64,000 nucleotides of DNA from Desulfomonilia bacterium (GTDB taxonomy: Bacteria; Desulfobacterota; Desulfomonilia; UBA1062). The notes under the pieces were generated by a model. That model was not told the origin of the DNA. It was given only the letters and a program-made list of their open reading frames with translations, and searched no databases. The stretch is from positions 128,001 through 192,000 of the forward strand of contig CAXXDQ010000004.1 in NCBI GenBank assembly GCA_963664325.2, read 5' to 3'. Positions 19,602-29,649 of the stretch are shown one piece after another. Every line of letters starts with the position of its first letter. Position 1 is the stretch's first letter. Both the position numbers and the translations under genes were made by a program.

Positions 19602-20255
19602 ATGCTTGAAGAAAAAAAGCTTATCGATCTCAGAAAAGAGCTCATCGACAGTGCAGCGCTTGTCGAGACCATGATCGGGAAAAGCATAAAGGGGCTCAGG
19701 GAAAAGAAGGCGGCTATTCTTGAGTCTGTAATCAATGAGGATGAGCCCAGGGCAAATGATTATGAAATTGCAATCGATGAGATGTGCGTTTCGACTATCG
19801 CACAGCATCAGCCGGCAACCAAACCCCTCAGAACGATCCTGATGATACTCAACATATCCACAAACCTCGAACGCATGGCGGACCATGCCGTAACGATTTC
19901 GGAAAGCGCCCTGTTCCTTATCGGTCAGCCGGCTGTAAAACCGCTCCTGGACATTCCCCGGATGGCTGAAGTGACAATATCGATGCTCAAGAATGCAATC
20001 GATTCTTTTGTCAATGAGGATGCAGCGCTGGCCATGGCGGTCTGCGAGAGGGACAGCATCGTCGATGCATTGAGGACACAGATCGTCAGGGAACTTATTT
20101 CCTATATGATAACCGATCCCCTGACCATCGAGCGGGCCCTGCATCTTATGAAGATCGCATCGAACATGGAACGCATAGCCGACCTTGCGACGAATATCTG
20201 CGAAGATGTCATCTATATGGTCGAGGGAAGGAATATAAAACATCATAAGGCGTAA
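19602..20255 (+). CDS. phoU: Phosphate signalling protein PhoU
   Basis: LERMADHA and MERIADLATNICE repeats; operon position. Confidence 0.93.
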   Translation: MLEEKKLIDLRKELIDSAALVETMIGKSIKGLREKKAAILESVINEDEPRANDYEIAIDEMCVSTIAQHQPATKPLRTILMILNISTNLERMADHAVTISESALFLIGQPAVKPLLDIPRMAEVTISMLKNAIDSFVNEDAALAMAVCERDSIVDALRTQIVRELISYMITDPLTIERALHLMKIASNMERIADLATNICEDVIYMVEGRNIKHHKA

Positions 20256-20393
20256 AAAAAGAAAGTGGTGTGTCGTGAGTATTTAGAATCAAAGCCGGAT
20301 TCGCTCAGATAGCGAAGCGTCATTTTTAAACAGGTAATAGAACTTCCCTTTGTTTTTGACACTGAGCCGTTCCTTCCTGTATAAACTTGCCCC

Positions 20394-21008
20394 ATGAACG
20401 ATACTATTCGATATATAGTCCTGATGATTGTGCCCGTGCTGTTCTCGCTCTCGGTACACGAAGTGTGCCACGGTTATGTAGCCTATGCGCTGGGTGACCC
20501 GACGGCAAAAATGCAGGGCCGGCTGACCCTTAACCCGATCAAGCACATAGACATCTTCGGCCTGGCCGTGCTTTTCATCACCCGGATGATAGGCTGGGCA
20601 AAGCCTGTCCCGGTGGACCCTCGCTACTTCAAGAATCCCAGGAAAGACATGCTGTGGGTGGCATTAGCCGGTCCTTCATCAAATCTCGTCCTCGGGCTGA
20701 TCTTTGCATTGCTTTTCAATTATGCCGGGCCTCTGATTACGGGAAGCACCCTTTATCCCTTAAAGATAATGATGGAGATCATGGTCTATATCAATGTCGG
20801 CCTTGCAATATTCAATCTCATCCCGATACCCCCACTTGACGGCGGCAGGGTGATCGTGGGGCTGCTGCCCGAAAAAATGGCAAATTCATGGGCCAGGATT
20901 GAGCCCTACGGATTCATCATTCTCCTCGTGCTTATTTTTACAAGAGTCGTGAACTTCGTTATATTCCCGATTATCCGCGGAATAGTAAATATCTTTTTAT
21001 CTTTATGA
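20394..21008 (+). CDS. Site-2 protease (M50) family protein
   Basis: HEVCH, LAGP, NLIPIPPLDG. Confidence 0.9.
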   Translation: MNDTIRYIVLMIVPVLFSLSVHEVCHGYVAYALGDPTAKMQGRLTLNPIKHIDIFGLAVLFITRMIGWAKPVPVDPRYFKNPRKDMLWVALAGPSSNLVLGLIFALLFNYAGPLITGSTLYPLKIMMEIMVYINVGLAIFNLIPIPPLDGGRVIVGLLPEKMANSWARIEPYGFIILLVLIFTRVVNFVIFPIIRGIVNIFLSL

Positions 21009-21018
21009 GGTGAGAGCA

Positions 21019-22008
21019 ATGGATAAACCAAGAATCGTTTCCGGTGTCAGGCCGACAGGCCCGCTTCATCTGGGGCATTATCTCGGGGCGCTTAAAAACT
21101 GGGTATCCCTGCAGGATGATTACCGCTGCCTCTATTTTGTTGCCGACTGGCATGCCCTTACAACCGCATACAAGGACCCCTCGATTATCAGGGAGAGCAC
21201 GGAAGATATGGTCCTTTCCTGGCTCGGCGTCGGCATAGACCCGGAGAAGAGTATTATTTTCAGGCAATCGGATATAAAGGCGCATGCCGAATTTTTCCTG
21301 CTCCTTTCCATGATCACGCCAGTTTCCTGGCTGGAACGCAACCCGACCTACAAGGAGCTGAAGGAGGAGCTGAAGGAAAAAGACCTGGGCACAATCGGGT
21401 TTCTCGGCTATCCCGTACTTCAGGCGGCGGACATAGTCATTTACCATGCCGACAAGGTGCCTATCGGCGAGGATCAGCTCCCCCACCTCGAACTGACGAG
21501 GGAGATCGTGAGGCGCTTCAATTACCTCTACGGCGAGGGCCTTTTGAAGGAACCGCAGCCGATCCTAACGGCAGCGCCACGGGTTCCGGGTCTTGACGGC
21601 AGGAAGATGTCAAAATCGTTCGACAACGCAATCCTCATCAATGACTCGGGCGCAGCGCTCAGGGAAAAGGTCATGCAGATGCTGACAGACATCAAGCGCA
21701 TGAGAAAAAAAGACCCGGGCGAACCCAGGGACTGCAACCTTTTCCCGTTCCACGAGTTTTTTACCGATGCATCGAAACATGACGAGATCAAGGAAGGCTG
21801 CAGGAATGCCACATGGGGCTGCGTGGACTGCAAGAAACTCCTCATCGCCAATATCGAGGCGGAAATGGCGCCAATCTGGGAAAGGATAGAATATTTCAAA
21901 GGCCACAAGCAGCAGGTGCAGAACATCCTGCACGAGGGCGCATCCAAGGCCGGGGCGCTCTCCGCAATCACAATCGAAAAAGTCAGAGCGGCCATGAAGG
22001 TAGCCTGA
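21019..22008 (+). CDS. trpS: Tryptophanyl-tRNA synthetase
   Basis: HLGH, YPVLQAAD, GEDQ, KMSKS. Confidence 0.96.
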   Translation: MDKPRIVSGVRPTGPLHLGHYLGALKNWVSLQDDYRCLYFVADWHALTTAYKDPSIIRESTEDMVLSWLGVGIDPEKSIIFRQSDIKAHAEFFLLLSMITPVSWLERNPTYKELKEELKEKDLGTIGFLGYPVLQAADIVIYHADKVPIGEDQLPHLELTREIVRRFNYLYGEGLLKEPQPILTAAPRVPGLDGRKMSKSFDNAILINDSGAALREKVMQMLTDIKRMRKKDPGEPRDCNLFPFHEFFTDASKHDEIKEGCRNATWGCVDCKKLLIANIEAEMAPIWERIEYFKGHKQQVQNILHEGASKAGALSAITIEKVRAAMKVA

Positions 22009-22727
22009 TGGACAGCATTTCAAGTTCGGCCCGCACTGATTTCATCCTCCACCTCGAACGCTTCGAGGGGCCCCTTGACCTTCTGCTTTACCTTATTGAA
22101 AAGAATAAATTCAACATCGAGCAGCTTGAGATCTGTCCGATAGTGGATCAGTACATCGAGCACATCAAAAGGCTCAATTCGCTCAACATCGAACTTGCTG
22201 GTGAATTCCTTGAAATGGCTTCATACCTGATATGGATCAAGTCATGCATCCTGCTCCCCCGTTTTAATGAAGACGGGACCGAAGAAGTAAACCCTGCGCA
22301 GCAGCTTAAAGAGATGCTGCTGGCCTACATGGCGATAAAGGAATCTGCCGGCCTGCTCTCGGAGCGCCCCCAGCTTTTCAGGGACAGGTTTCCCAGGGGC
22401 GTTTCCAGCGAAGAAAGGGATCTGCCCAGGCTGGGCCTTGCCGCCCTGCTCCAGGCAATCGATGCAATCAAGGCCAGGACCAGGCATTATATAATGAAAG
22501 TGAACGTCACCCGTTATCATTTAAGGGACATGATGGCCAGGCTTACGGCCATGCTGAAAAAAAAGGATAAAATCGATCTCAGGGAAGCGGCCAGAACCGA
22601 AGAAAAGGCTGAAATCATATCGCTCTTCATGGCGGCGCTTGAGCTTTCAAAGGCATCCATTGCAAGAATTTCCCAGAATGGCCTTTTTTCAAAGATATTC
22701 ATCATGAGTAAAAGCGGGGCGGCATAA
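22008..22727 (+). CDS. scpA: Segregation/condensation protein A
   Basis: FEGPLDLLL; ATG overlaps the trpS stop. Confidence 0.9.
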   Translation: MDSISSSARTDFILHLERFEGPLDLLLYLIEKNKFNIEQLEICPIVDQYIEHIKRLNSLNIELAGEFLEMASYLIWIKSCILLPRFNEDGTEEVNPAQQLKEMLLAYMAIKESAGLLSERPQLFRDRFPRGVSSEERDLPRLGLAALLQAIDAIKARTRHYIMKVNVTRYHLRDMMARLTAMLKKKDKIDLREAARTEEKAEIISLFMAALELSKASIARISQNGLFSKIFIMSKSGAA

Positions 22728-22729
22728 AG

Positions 22730-23323
22730 ATGGCAGCCGCGGACAGGGAAATAATAGAGGCCATTATTTTTTCCTCGGACAGTGCCCTGGGCCTTGAGGA
22801 CATACGTAAGGCCCTGCCGGAAATGACCGGTGAAATACTGGAGAAGCTGGTCTCCGAGTTGAACAATATCTACGGGGAAACAGGCAGGTGCTTCCGAATT
22901 ATAAAGGCTGCAAACGGCTACATGTTCGTAACCATCGAGGGTTTTTCGCCATACCTTAAGGCCCTGCTTTCGCCCAGAAGGCTTTCGCAGGCGGCCTTTG
23001 AGGTGCTGGCCGTCATAGCGTACAAAGGCCCCTGCACAAAACTGGTGATTGACGGGGTGCGCGGGGTTGATTCACAATCGACATTAAAAACTCTTCTAAA
23101 GACCGAACTGATAGACGTCAGGCCGGGCAAACCCATGAAATATGTGACTACCGACCATTTCCTCGAGGTCTTCGGACTCAACTCTCTCAAGGATTTGCCT
23201 GACATGAGCCAGTTCGAGGAGGTCTTTGCCGAAACAGCCGGCAGGATGGACGAGGTCCAGCCCGAGCAGCTTGAAATTAAAAGCACAGAGACAGAAGAAG
23301 ACAGCGCAGAGGAGACGGAATAA
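22730..23323 (+). CDS. scpB: Segregation/condensation protein B
   Basis: LSQAAFEVLAVIAY, RGVDS, FLEVFGL. Confidence 0.9.
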   Translation: MAAADREIIEAIIFSSDSALGLEDIRKALPEMTGEILEKLVSELNNIYGETGRCFRIIKAANGYMFVTIEGFSPYLKALLSPRRLSQAAFEVLAVIAYKGPCTKLVIDGVRGVDSQSTLKTLLKTELIDVRPGKPMKYVTTDHFLEVFGLNSLKDLPDMSQFEEVFAETAGRMDEVQPEQLEIKSTETEEDSAEETE

Positions 23324-23366
23324 GGACCTCAGCTGTCGGTTGGCCGGAAAACGGCGGGTATACCTT

Positions 23367-24188
23367 ATGAAAACAGGCGGGAGACTTATCCGGGAGATTG
23401 AAGCCACAAAAACGGAATACGGCCAGTGTGCATTCTGGTGGCTCGGCCAGCACGGCTTTGCCGTGAAACTGGGCCATAGGACTATTTATATCGACGCATA
23501 CCTCTCTCCGGGCCGGAAACGGACTGTTGCGCCGATCCTTCATCCCGAAGAAGTAATAAACGCCGACATTGTTCTCGGCTCGCATGACCACATTGACCAT
23601 ATCGACCGTAGATCGTGGCCAAAGATTGCAAAGGCCTCTCCAAACGCCAGGTTCGTAGTCCCGGAGCTTCTTCGGGAGCCGATCGCCTCGGAGCTCGGAA
23701 TTCCGGTTGAGCGTTTTCTCGGGGTGGATAAAGGGATTTCGGTTGAGATCGCCGGGCTGAAGGTGACCGGCGTGCCCGCGGCCCATGAATTCCTGGAGTG
23801 CGACGAAAAGACCGGCCTTCATCATCATATCGGCTTTGTCATCGAGGGAAACGGTTTTTGCCTTTACCATGCGGGCGATACCTGTATCTACGAGGGGATG
23901 CATGCGATTCTCCGCCAATGGGAATTCGACCTCGCCTTTCTGCCCATAAACGGCAGGGACGCCAGGCGTCTTCGTGCAGACTGCATCGGCAACATGACCT
24001 ATCAGGAGGCCGCCGATCTAGCCGGAGCGCTACGACCCGGACTCGTCGTGCCTGCACATTTCGAAATGTTTTTAATGAACTCCGAAGATCCCCGCCTCTT
24101 TGTGGAATACATGCGGGTGAAATATCCCGGCCTTGCCGTTAAGAAGCCATTCCACGGTCGCAGAACCATCGCAAGCGGCAGAAAATAA
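23367..24188 (+). CDS. Metallo-beta-lactamase-fold hydrolase (UlaG-like)
   Basis: WLGQHGF, SHDHIDH, YHAGDT, LPING, PAHF. Confidence 0.85.
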   Translation: MKTGGRLIREIEATKTEYGQCAFWWLGQHGFAVKLGHRTIYIDAYLSPGRKRTVAPILHPEEVINADIVLGSHDHIDHIDRRSWPKIAKASPNARFVVPELLREPIASELGIPVERFLGVDKGISVEIAGLKVTGVPAAHEFLECDEKTGLHHHIGFVIEGNGFCLYHAGDTCIYEGMHAILRQWEFDLAFLPINGRDARRLRADCIGNMTYQEAADLAGALRPGLVVPAHFEMFLMNSEDPRLFVEYMRVKYPGLAVKKPFHGRRTIASGRK

Positions 24189-24305
24189 TGTTTCAGGAAA
24201 ACCGTTAACACTCTCACGGTGCTTAACGATCCTGCACATTCATTTGTGGTCCTGCCCGGTCTTTATCGTTGCAGCAACCGATATATAAACCAAGGAAAAT
24301 AATGC

Positions 24306-24348
24306 TTGAGAAAAATCCTTTCTAGCGGTATATTTCAACCGGTTGAAA
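24306..24348 (+). promoter_or_regulatory. Sigma70 promoter overlapped by a perfect LacI-type operator
   Basis: TTGAGA(24306)-N17-TATATT(24329); palindrome TTTCAACCGGTTGAAA at 24333-24348. Confidence 0.75.
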
Positions 24349-24349
24349 A

Positions 24350-25333
24350 ATGGAGAAACGTATTACTTTAAAGGATATCGCCAAATCGCTTAATCTGGAC
24401 AAGTCTACAATATCGCTTGCCCTGGCAAAAAGTCCGAAAATTGCGGATAAGACAAGGGATAAAGTCTGGGAAGAGGCCATCCGTCTCGGTTACCGCCCCA
24501 ATCTCGCGGCAAGAAACCTCTCCCTGGGAACGCCCCATACAGTCTGTCTCGTCCTGTCGGAAGAGTTTCGCAGCATTCAGAGCGAGGTCGCGGCACAGAG
24601 CATACGCGCCCTTGCCGGAAAAGCCGTAAAGGCCGGGGTCCTTTTCCAGGTCATATCGAGCAGCAACATTCTCCGTCTCTTTCGGAAAGATTCCGGTTAC
24701 CCGGCCATGCCGGACGGGCTTCTTCTTTGGGGTGACGTTCCCGCAAAAGATGCTGCTGAGTTGGAGAATTCCGGACCGCCGGTCGTTATTCTCGATCCGA
24801 ACCACATCTCCTACGGCAAATGGACTGGCGCCTCGGTCTGGGTGGACAACGCAGGCGGTGCGGCAGCGGTGACCCGGCATCTCATTAAGCGTAATGTGAG
24901 GCGCCTTCTTTTCGTGCAGACGCAGCGTCAACACTTGGGTCATATCGAGCGCAGAGAGGCGGCCTGCAAATCCTGGCGTTCAGTACGGTCAGCAGGCACC
25001 TTTTCATCCTGCTTTCTCGACGAAGTCACGGAAACCGGAATCAGGGAATTTGCATCTGAAGCGGACGGCGCAATCTTCTGCTCCAACGACGAAGGCGCGC
25101 TTCACATATGGCAGAAGCTCCTGCGCAACGGGTTTTCCATACCGGGGCAGGTAAAACTCGCGGGATTCGACGGCACCCTGGCAGCCGAGGCCATCGGCCT
25201 AACCACGGCGGTCTTTGACGGGTCGGCCCTGGCGAAGGAGGGTATGGAGATTCTTTTTGATAAAATGACCGGCCGTCAGACAAAGAGCCGGTCAAAGATA
25301 CCGGCGCGTCTGCGCGCCGGGACCACGACATGA
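24350..25333 (+). CDS. LacI-family transcriptional regulator
   Basis: TLKDIA…STISLAL, YRPNLAARNL, AGFDG. Confidence 0.9.
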   Translation: MEKRITLKDIAKSLNLDKSTISLALAKSPKIADKTRDKVWEEAIRLGYRPNLAARNLSLGTPHTVCLVLSEEFRSIQSEVAAQSIRALAGKAVKAGVLFQVISSSNILRLFRKDSGYPAMPDGLLLWGDVPAKDAAELENSGPPVVILDPNHISYGKWTGASVWVDNAGGAAAVTRHLIKRNVRRLLFVQTQRQHLGHIERREAACKSWRSVRSAGTFSSCFLDEVTETGIREFASEADGAIFCSNDEGALHIWQKLLRNGFSIPGQVKLAGFDGTLAAEAIGLTTAVFDGSALAKEGMEILFDKMTGRQTKSRSKIPARLRAGTTT

Positions 25334-25345
25334 GGAGAGAAAGAG

Positions 25346-26377
25346 ATGCTTGCAGCCGTATTGAAGAATTTCGACAAGCTGGTCCTGGAAGAAATTCCCA
25401 TGCCACGGCCGGATACGGGTGAGGTTGTGGTGCGGATCAAAAGTTGCGGTTTCTGCGCCACGGATTACAAGGCGATCAAAGGCATCCGCCGGAACGTGAA
25501 TTTTCCGTTGATCCCCGGTCATGAGCCTTCAGGGGTGGTGACCGATGTGGGGCCCGGGGTCTCGGAGTTCAAGGATGGCGATGAGGTAATCTGCATGCCG
25601 TCTGTCTATTGCGGAGTCTGCAGACACTGCCGTGTGGGTAATACGCACTATTGCGAAAAGGCCTATACGACCGGCGGAGACGGGATTAAGGATGTGCGGC
25701 CCGGGGCCTTTGCGGAATACATGAAGACCGGCGCCTTTGCCCTCTTTCGTAAACCGGCCGGAATAACCTTCGATGCCGGAGCATTGACCGAGCCTCTGGC
25801 CGGGGCATGGAAAGGGCTCATCCAATACAGCGAAATGAAGGTCGGCGATAACGTAGTGATCATTGGTGTCGGCGGCATAGGTCTCTTATGCCTGATGGTG
25901 GCAAGGGCGGCCGGGGCGGGCAGACTCATTGCGATCGATCCGAGCGATTATGCCCGCCGGAACGCTGTAGCCCTGGGAGCGACACATACGATCGACCCAT
26001 CCGGTTGTGACCCTGTCAAATCCGTCTATGAAATCATGCCGGACGGACCGGATCTCGTTGTGGAAGCAGCAGGCCCGATCGGGGCGGTTGAGCTTGCCAG
26101 AGACCTGCGCCGCCGGGGCACCAGATGGAATGTCTTCGGCATCACCACGCATGAGAAATTCTGGATGGACGGGTGCGACGCGCATTTTATGGAAGGCCGT
26201 ATGGATGCCAGTTTCGGCTGCACCTCCATCGGCATGCAGAACGCCATCCGGCTCATGGAGCGCGGCGTCGTCGATCCGGAGAAAATCATCTCGCACCGTT
26301 TCCCCCTTTCGGAGATTCATAAGGCCGTTGAAATCATGGGCCGGCCGGAACGGAACAAGGTCATCATCAACCCCTGA
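25346..26377 (+). CDS. Zn-dependent (polyol/sugar) dehydrogenase, MDR family
   Basis: GFCATD, GHE, CGVCRHC…C, GVGGIG. Confidence 0.9.
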   Translation: MLAAVLKNFDKLVLEEIPMPRPDTGEVVVRIKSCGFCATDYKAIKGIRRNVNFPLIPGHEPSGVVTDVGPGVSEFKDGDEVICMPSVYCGVCRHCRVGNTHYCEKAYTTGGDGIKDVRPGAFAEYMKTGAFALFRKPAGITFDAGALTEPLAGAWKGLIQYSEMKVGDNVVIIGVGGIGLLCLMVARAAGAGRLIAIDPSDYARRNAVALGATHTIDPSGCDPVKSVYEIMPDGPDLVVEAAGPIGAVELARDLRRRGTRWNVFGITTHEKFWMDGCDAHFMEGRMDASFGCTSIGMQNAIRLMERGVVDPEKIISHRFPLSEIHKAVEIMGRPERNKVIINP

Positions 26378-26425
26378 ATTGAATAAGACATCGGATAAAT
26401 GAACATGCCCGGAACAGAGGAATCG

Positions 26426-27391
26426 ATGAAAGCCATAGTGAACACAGGACCGGGAAGGGTCGAGTGGAAAGAATTGCCCAAACCCGAACCGGGCCCCGGC
26501 GAGGTCAGGATCAGGACCGTATTCTGCGGCATCTGTGCAACCGATCTGGTGATGATCGGGGGATGGGCAAGAACGGGGTATCCGGCGATCCCTGGACATG
26601 AATGGTCGGGGATAATCGATGCAGCCGGAGATGGAGTCGGACAAGGCGTTATCGGCTGTCCCTGCGTTTCCGAAAATGTCCTTTCCGATGGTGGCGAGGT
26701 GGGATTCGAACATTCCGGCGGTTATGGAGAATATTTCCTCACGGAGGCTGATAATATCCGGCTGTTGCCTGAGGATTTCCCTCTTGATGCTGCCGCCCTC
26801 ATCGAACCGCTTGCGGTCTGTGTCCGAGGGCTTAAGCGGCTGAGGATCGAGGATAAGAGCTCCGCCCTCGTAATAGGCGACGGGCCGATAGGCCTTATCT
26901 TCACTTCGCTTCTCGAAACTCAAAACCTGCTGGAGACGGTCTGTGCAGGAGGCCGTCCGGCACGTCTGGAATTGGCGCGGCATCTCGGTGCGGCGCGGAC
27001 AGTAAATTATCATGAGGCCGTAAATGGCGTTTCGGATGCAACCGGGAAAGGGGCTTTCCATTATGTAATCGAGGCAAGCGGAACACTACCCGGAATGAAG
27101 ACGGCCTTTGAATGTGCCGCTAAAGGCGGCAAAATCCTTGTGATCGGGGATTATGGCAAACATCTGGCTGACTTTGCATGGAACATACTGCTTCACAACG
27201 AACTTCACGTCATCGGCTCAAACGCAAGCCAGGGCGCGTGGGACGAGGCGGTCAGGCTTGCAGCGAACGGAAGGGTTCCGCTGAAGCGGCTGATTTCAGC
27301 GGTCTTTCCGGCGCCTGATTTCAAGGAGGCGCTTCATATGGCAAAAGAGTCAAGGGAGGCGGTAAAGGTCATCCTTAAATGGCGGGATTAA
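26426..27391 (+). CDS. Zn-dependent dehydrogenase, MDR family, lacking the structural-Zn loop
   Basis: GICATD, GHE, IEP, GDGPIG; no CxxCxxC cluster. Confidence 0.85.
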   Translation: MKAIVNTGPGRVEWKELPKPEPGPGEVRIRTVFCGICATDLVMIGGWARTGYPAIPGHEWSGIIDAAGDGVGQGVIGCPCVSENVLSDGGEVGFEHSGGYGEYFLTEADNIRLLPEDFPLDAAALIEPLAVCVRGLKRLRIEDKSSALVIGDGPIGLIFTSLLETQNLLETVCAGGRPARLELARHLGAARTVNYHEAVNGVSDATGKGAFHYVIEASGTLPGMKTAFECAAKGGKILVIGDYGKHLADFAWNILLHNELHVIGSNASQGAWDEAVRLAANGRVPLKRLISAVFPAPDFKEALHMAKESREAVKVILKWRD

Positions 27392-27445
27392 TAAGATGGA
27401 GAACATCAGGAAAGATGTGACCGGAATAATTTTCAGGAGGGATAT

Positions 27446-28831
27446 ATGATGTCTGCTGAATATGGTTTTCCGCGCGGATTCATACTCGGTGCGGCGACAG
27501 CCGCCTATCAGATCGAAGGCGGATGGAGGGAAGACGGAAAAGGCCCGTCCATCTGGGATGATTTCGCCCACAGAAAGGGAAAGATCGCCAACAACGACAC
27601 TGGCGACGTCGCAAGCGACCACTACCATCGCTGGCAGGAGGATGTAGCAATTATGCGGGAAATCGGGCTGGACGCCTACCGCTTTTCCATCAGCTGGCCG
27701 CGGGTGCTGCCTCTTGGCAGGGGAGCTGTCAATGCAAAGGGGCTCGGTTTCTATGACCGCCTGGTCGATGAACTGCTTGCCTCAGGCATAAAACCATATG
27801 TCACACTTTATCATTGGGACCTGCCTCTTGAGCTTCAAAAGCAAGGGGGATGGAGTTCTAATGACATCCGCAGCCGGTTTGCAGAATATGCCGCATTGCT
27901 GGCCTCCCGTCTGGGCGACCGCGTCAAGAACTGGATTACGCTCAATGAGCCATGGATGTTCGTTTTCATCGGCCACCTTCTGGGCATGCATGCCCCGGGC
28001 TTGAAGAATCCATGGAAGGCCATGCGCGTCCTCCACAACGCATTGTGCAGCCATGGCATGGCGGTGCAAGCCATCAAAGCCGAACGGCCTGATTCCTCTG
28101 TGGGCATCACACTGAGCCTCTCACCTCTTGAACCGGCCACGGATACTGACAGGGACAAAGAGGCCACTCACCGGGCTGATCTCTTCATGAACCGCCTGCT
28201 GCTGGACCCAATCTTCGGACGGGGCTATCCTGAGGAAATTCGAAGACTGCTCCGCCTCTTCTTCCCGAAGGTAACGCAGGAAGACCTTGCATTGATAGCT
28301 ACCCCTATCGACTTCCTTGGCGTAAACACCTATACCCGAGACATCATCCGCTATGACTGGCGGGTGCCGTTCCTGCACCTATGGTCAAGCATATCGGATG
28401 TTCCGGAATCAGACTTCATACGCAATGGAGTTCAGTACACGACCATGGGGGTCGAAGTGTATCCCCCCAGCATTTATCAGGTTCTTGCACGCATAAGGGA
28501 CGAATACGGCAATCATCCTGTGGTCATCACCGAAAACGGCTCCTCCTTCACTGATGTCGTACAGAACGGAAAGGTCGACGATCCCAAACGCATAGCCTAT
28601 CTGGATGGCTATCTGAATGAGGTCCTGCACGCCGCAGCCGACGGATGCGATGTGCGCGGCTACTTTGTGTGGACGCTGATGGACAATATGGAGTGGAGCT
28701 TCGGCTGCGCCAAACGCCACGGCCTCGTATACGTGGACTTTAAAAGCGGCCAAAGGATCCCCAAGGCCTCTGCCGCACGCTATGCCGAAATCATTCGCGA
28801 TTCCCTGCCCGGCCGGCATGGCCACAAGTGA
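27446..28831 (+). CDS. GH1 beta-glucosidase
   Basis: TAAYQIEG, TLNEP, ITENG, DNMEW. Confidence 0.95.
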   Translation: MMSAEYGFPRGFILGAATAAYQIEGGWREDGKGPSIWDDFAHRKGKIANNDTGDVASDHYHRWQEDVAIMREIGLDAYRFSISWPRVLPLGRGAVNAKGLGFYDRLVDELLASGIKPYVTLYHWDLPLELQKQGGWSSNDIRSRFAEYAALLASRLGDRVKNWITLNEPWMFVFIGHLLGMHAPGLKNPWKAMRVLHNALCSHGMAVQAIKAERPDSSVGITLSLSPLEPATDTDRDKEATHRADLFMNRLLLDPIFGRGYPEEIRRLLRLFFPKVTQEDLALIATPIDFLGVNTYTRDIIRYDWRVPFLHLWSSISDVPESDFIRNGVQYTTMGVEVYPPSIYQVLARIRDEYGNHPVVITENGSSFTDVVQNGKVDDPKRIAYLDGYLNEVLHAAADGCDVRGYFVWTLMDNMEWSFGCAKRHGLVYVDFKSGQRIPKASAARYAEIIRDSLPGRHGHK

Positions 28832-29053
28832 TGAGAGGAATTAAAAGGGGACGTTCTTCTGATATCCGGTTTAGATGTGATGGTACTGATTTAAGGAAAA
28901 TATCAGGAGAGATAAATTCCATATAGCTTGAGTAAATAACAAGTTTGCTATTTTATAGATTGCATTCGCAGACCTATAAAAAACTGACCTTTAAGTTTAA
29001 CCTGATGGTAAAAGACCCTGGAACAATATCAGGCAATCAGCCTGCTCACATAT

Positions 29054-29518
29054 TTATATGGTTTCGGGATTGTCAGTTCTTTTGAATTTCAGATGGATCT
29101 TGGGAGAAAGACCGAGGGTAATTGTCGCATTATCGGAACGCATCCCCATGACAGTGATTTTATGTTGCAGTGCTGATGCCGTTTGAAGTGTTTTGAGCAC
29201 ACTGATAATTATTATATCGCTTTTATGTTCTTCAAGCATTCTATTGTATGTATCCTCGTCCATGGTCTTGGTCAGCCCGCTGATTTCAACGGTGATATCA
29301 GGAATCAGTCCGACGCCGATTACAACACTCTCGACAGTATAACCAAGCTCGCGAATCAGCGACTGTATTTCGTCCGTCTCCGGGATCATCTCCATTAGTT
29401 TTTCCATACCGGAATCAGCGGCCCCGGCTATTTTTTCAGTAACACTGGTCTGCACATCCTTTGCCTTATCCTTCACCTTTTGGAATATTGATTCAGTTTT
29501 TTCGTCTGCATCCGCCAT
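29054..29518 (-). CDS. Hypothetical protein
   Basis: 154-aa ORF with a strong RBS (GGGGGTGAGG). Confidence 0.6.
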   Translation of the reverse strand: MADADEKTESIFQKVKDKAKDVQTSVTEKIAGAADSGMEKLMEMIPETDEIQSLIRELGYTVESVVIGVGLIPDITVEISGLTKTMDEDTYNRMLEEHKSDIIIISVLKTLQTASALQHKITVMGMRSDNATITLGLSPKIHLKFKRTDNPETI

Positions 29519-29649
29519 TCCTCACCCCCTGAATATGATCTTTGAAAAGCATATACCATGATCCAACTGTAAAACTACTTCAAATAAATTAACACATTCT
29601 GAGAAAATCCCCGAACCTGTGGATATTCAGTGTCAAAAACCTTAAGCCT

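Noticed and set aside
28832-29053. AT-rich gap with AAAAGGGGACG and an 11-bp inverted repeat as an IS/REP end
   Set aside because: No partner end, transposase remnant or target duplication is visible
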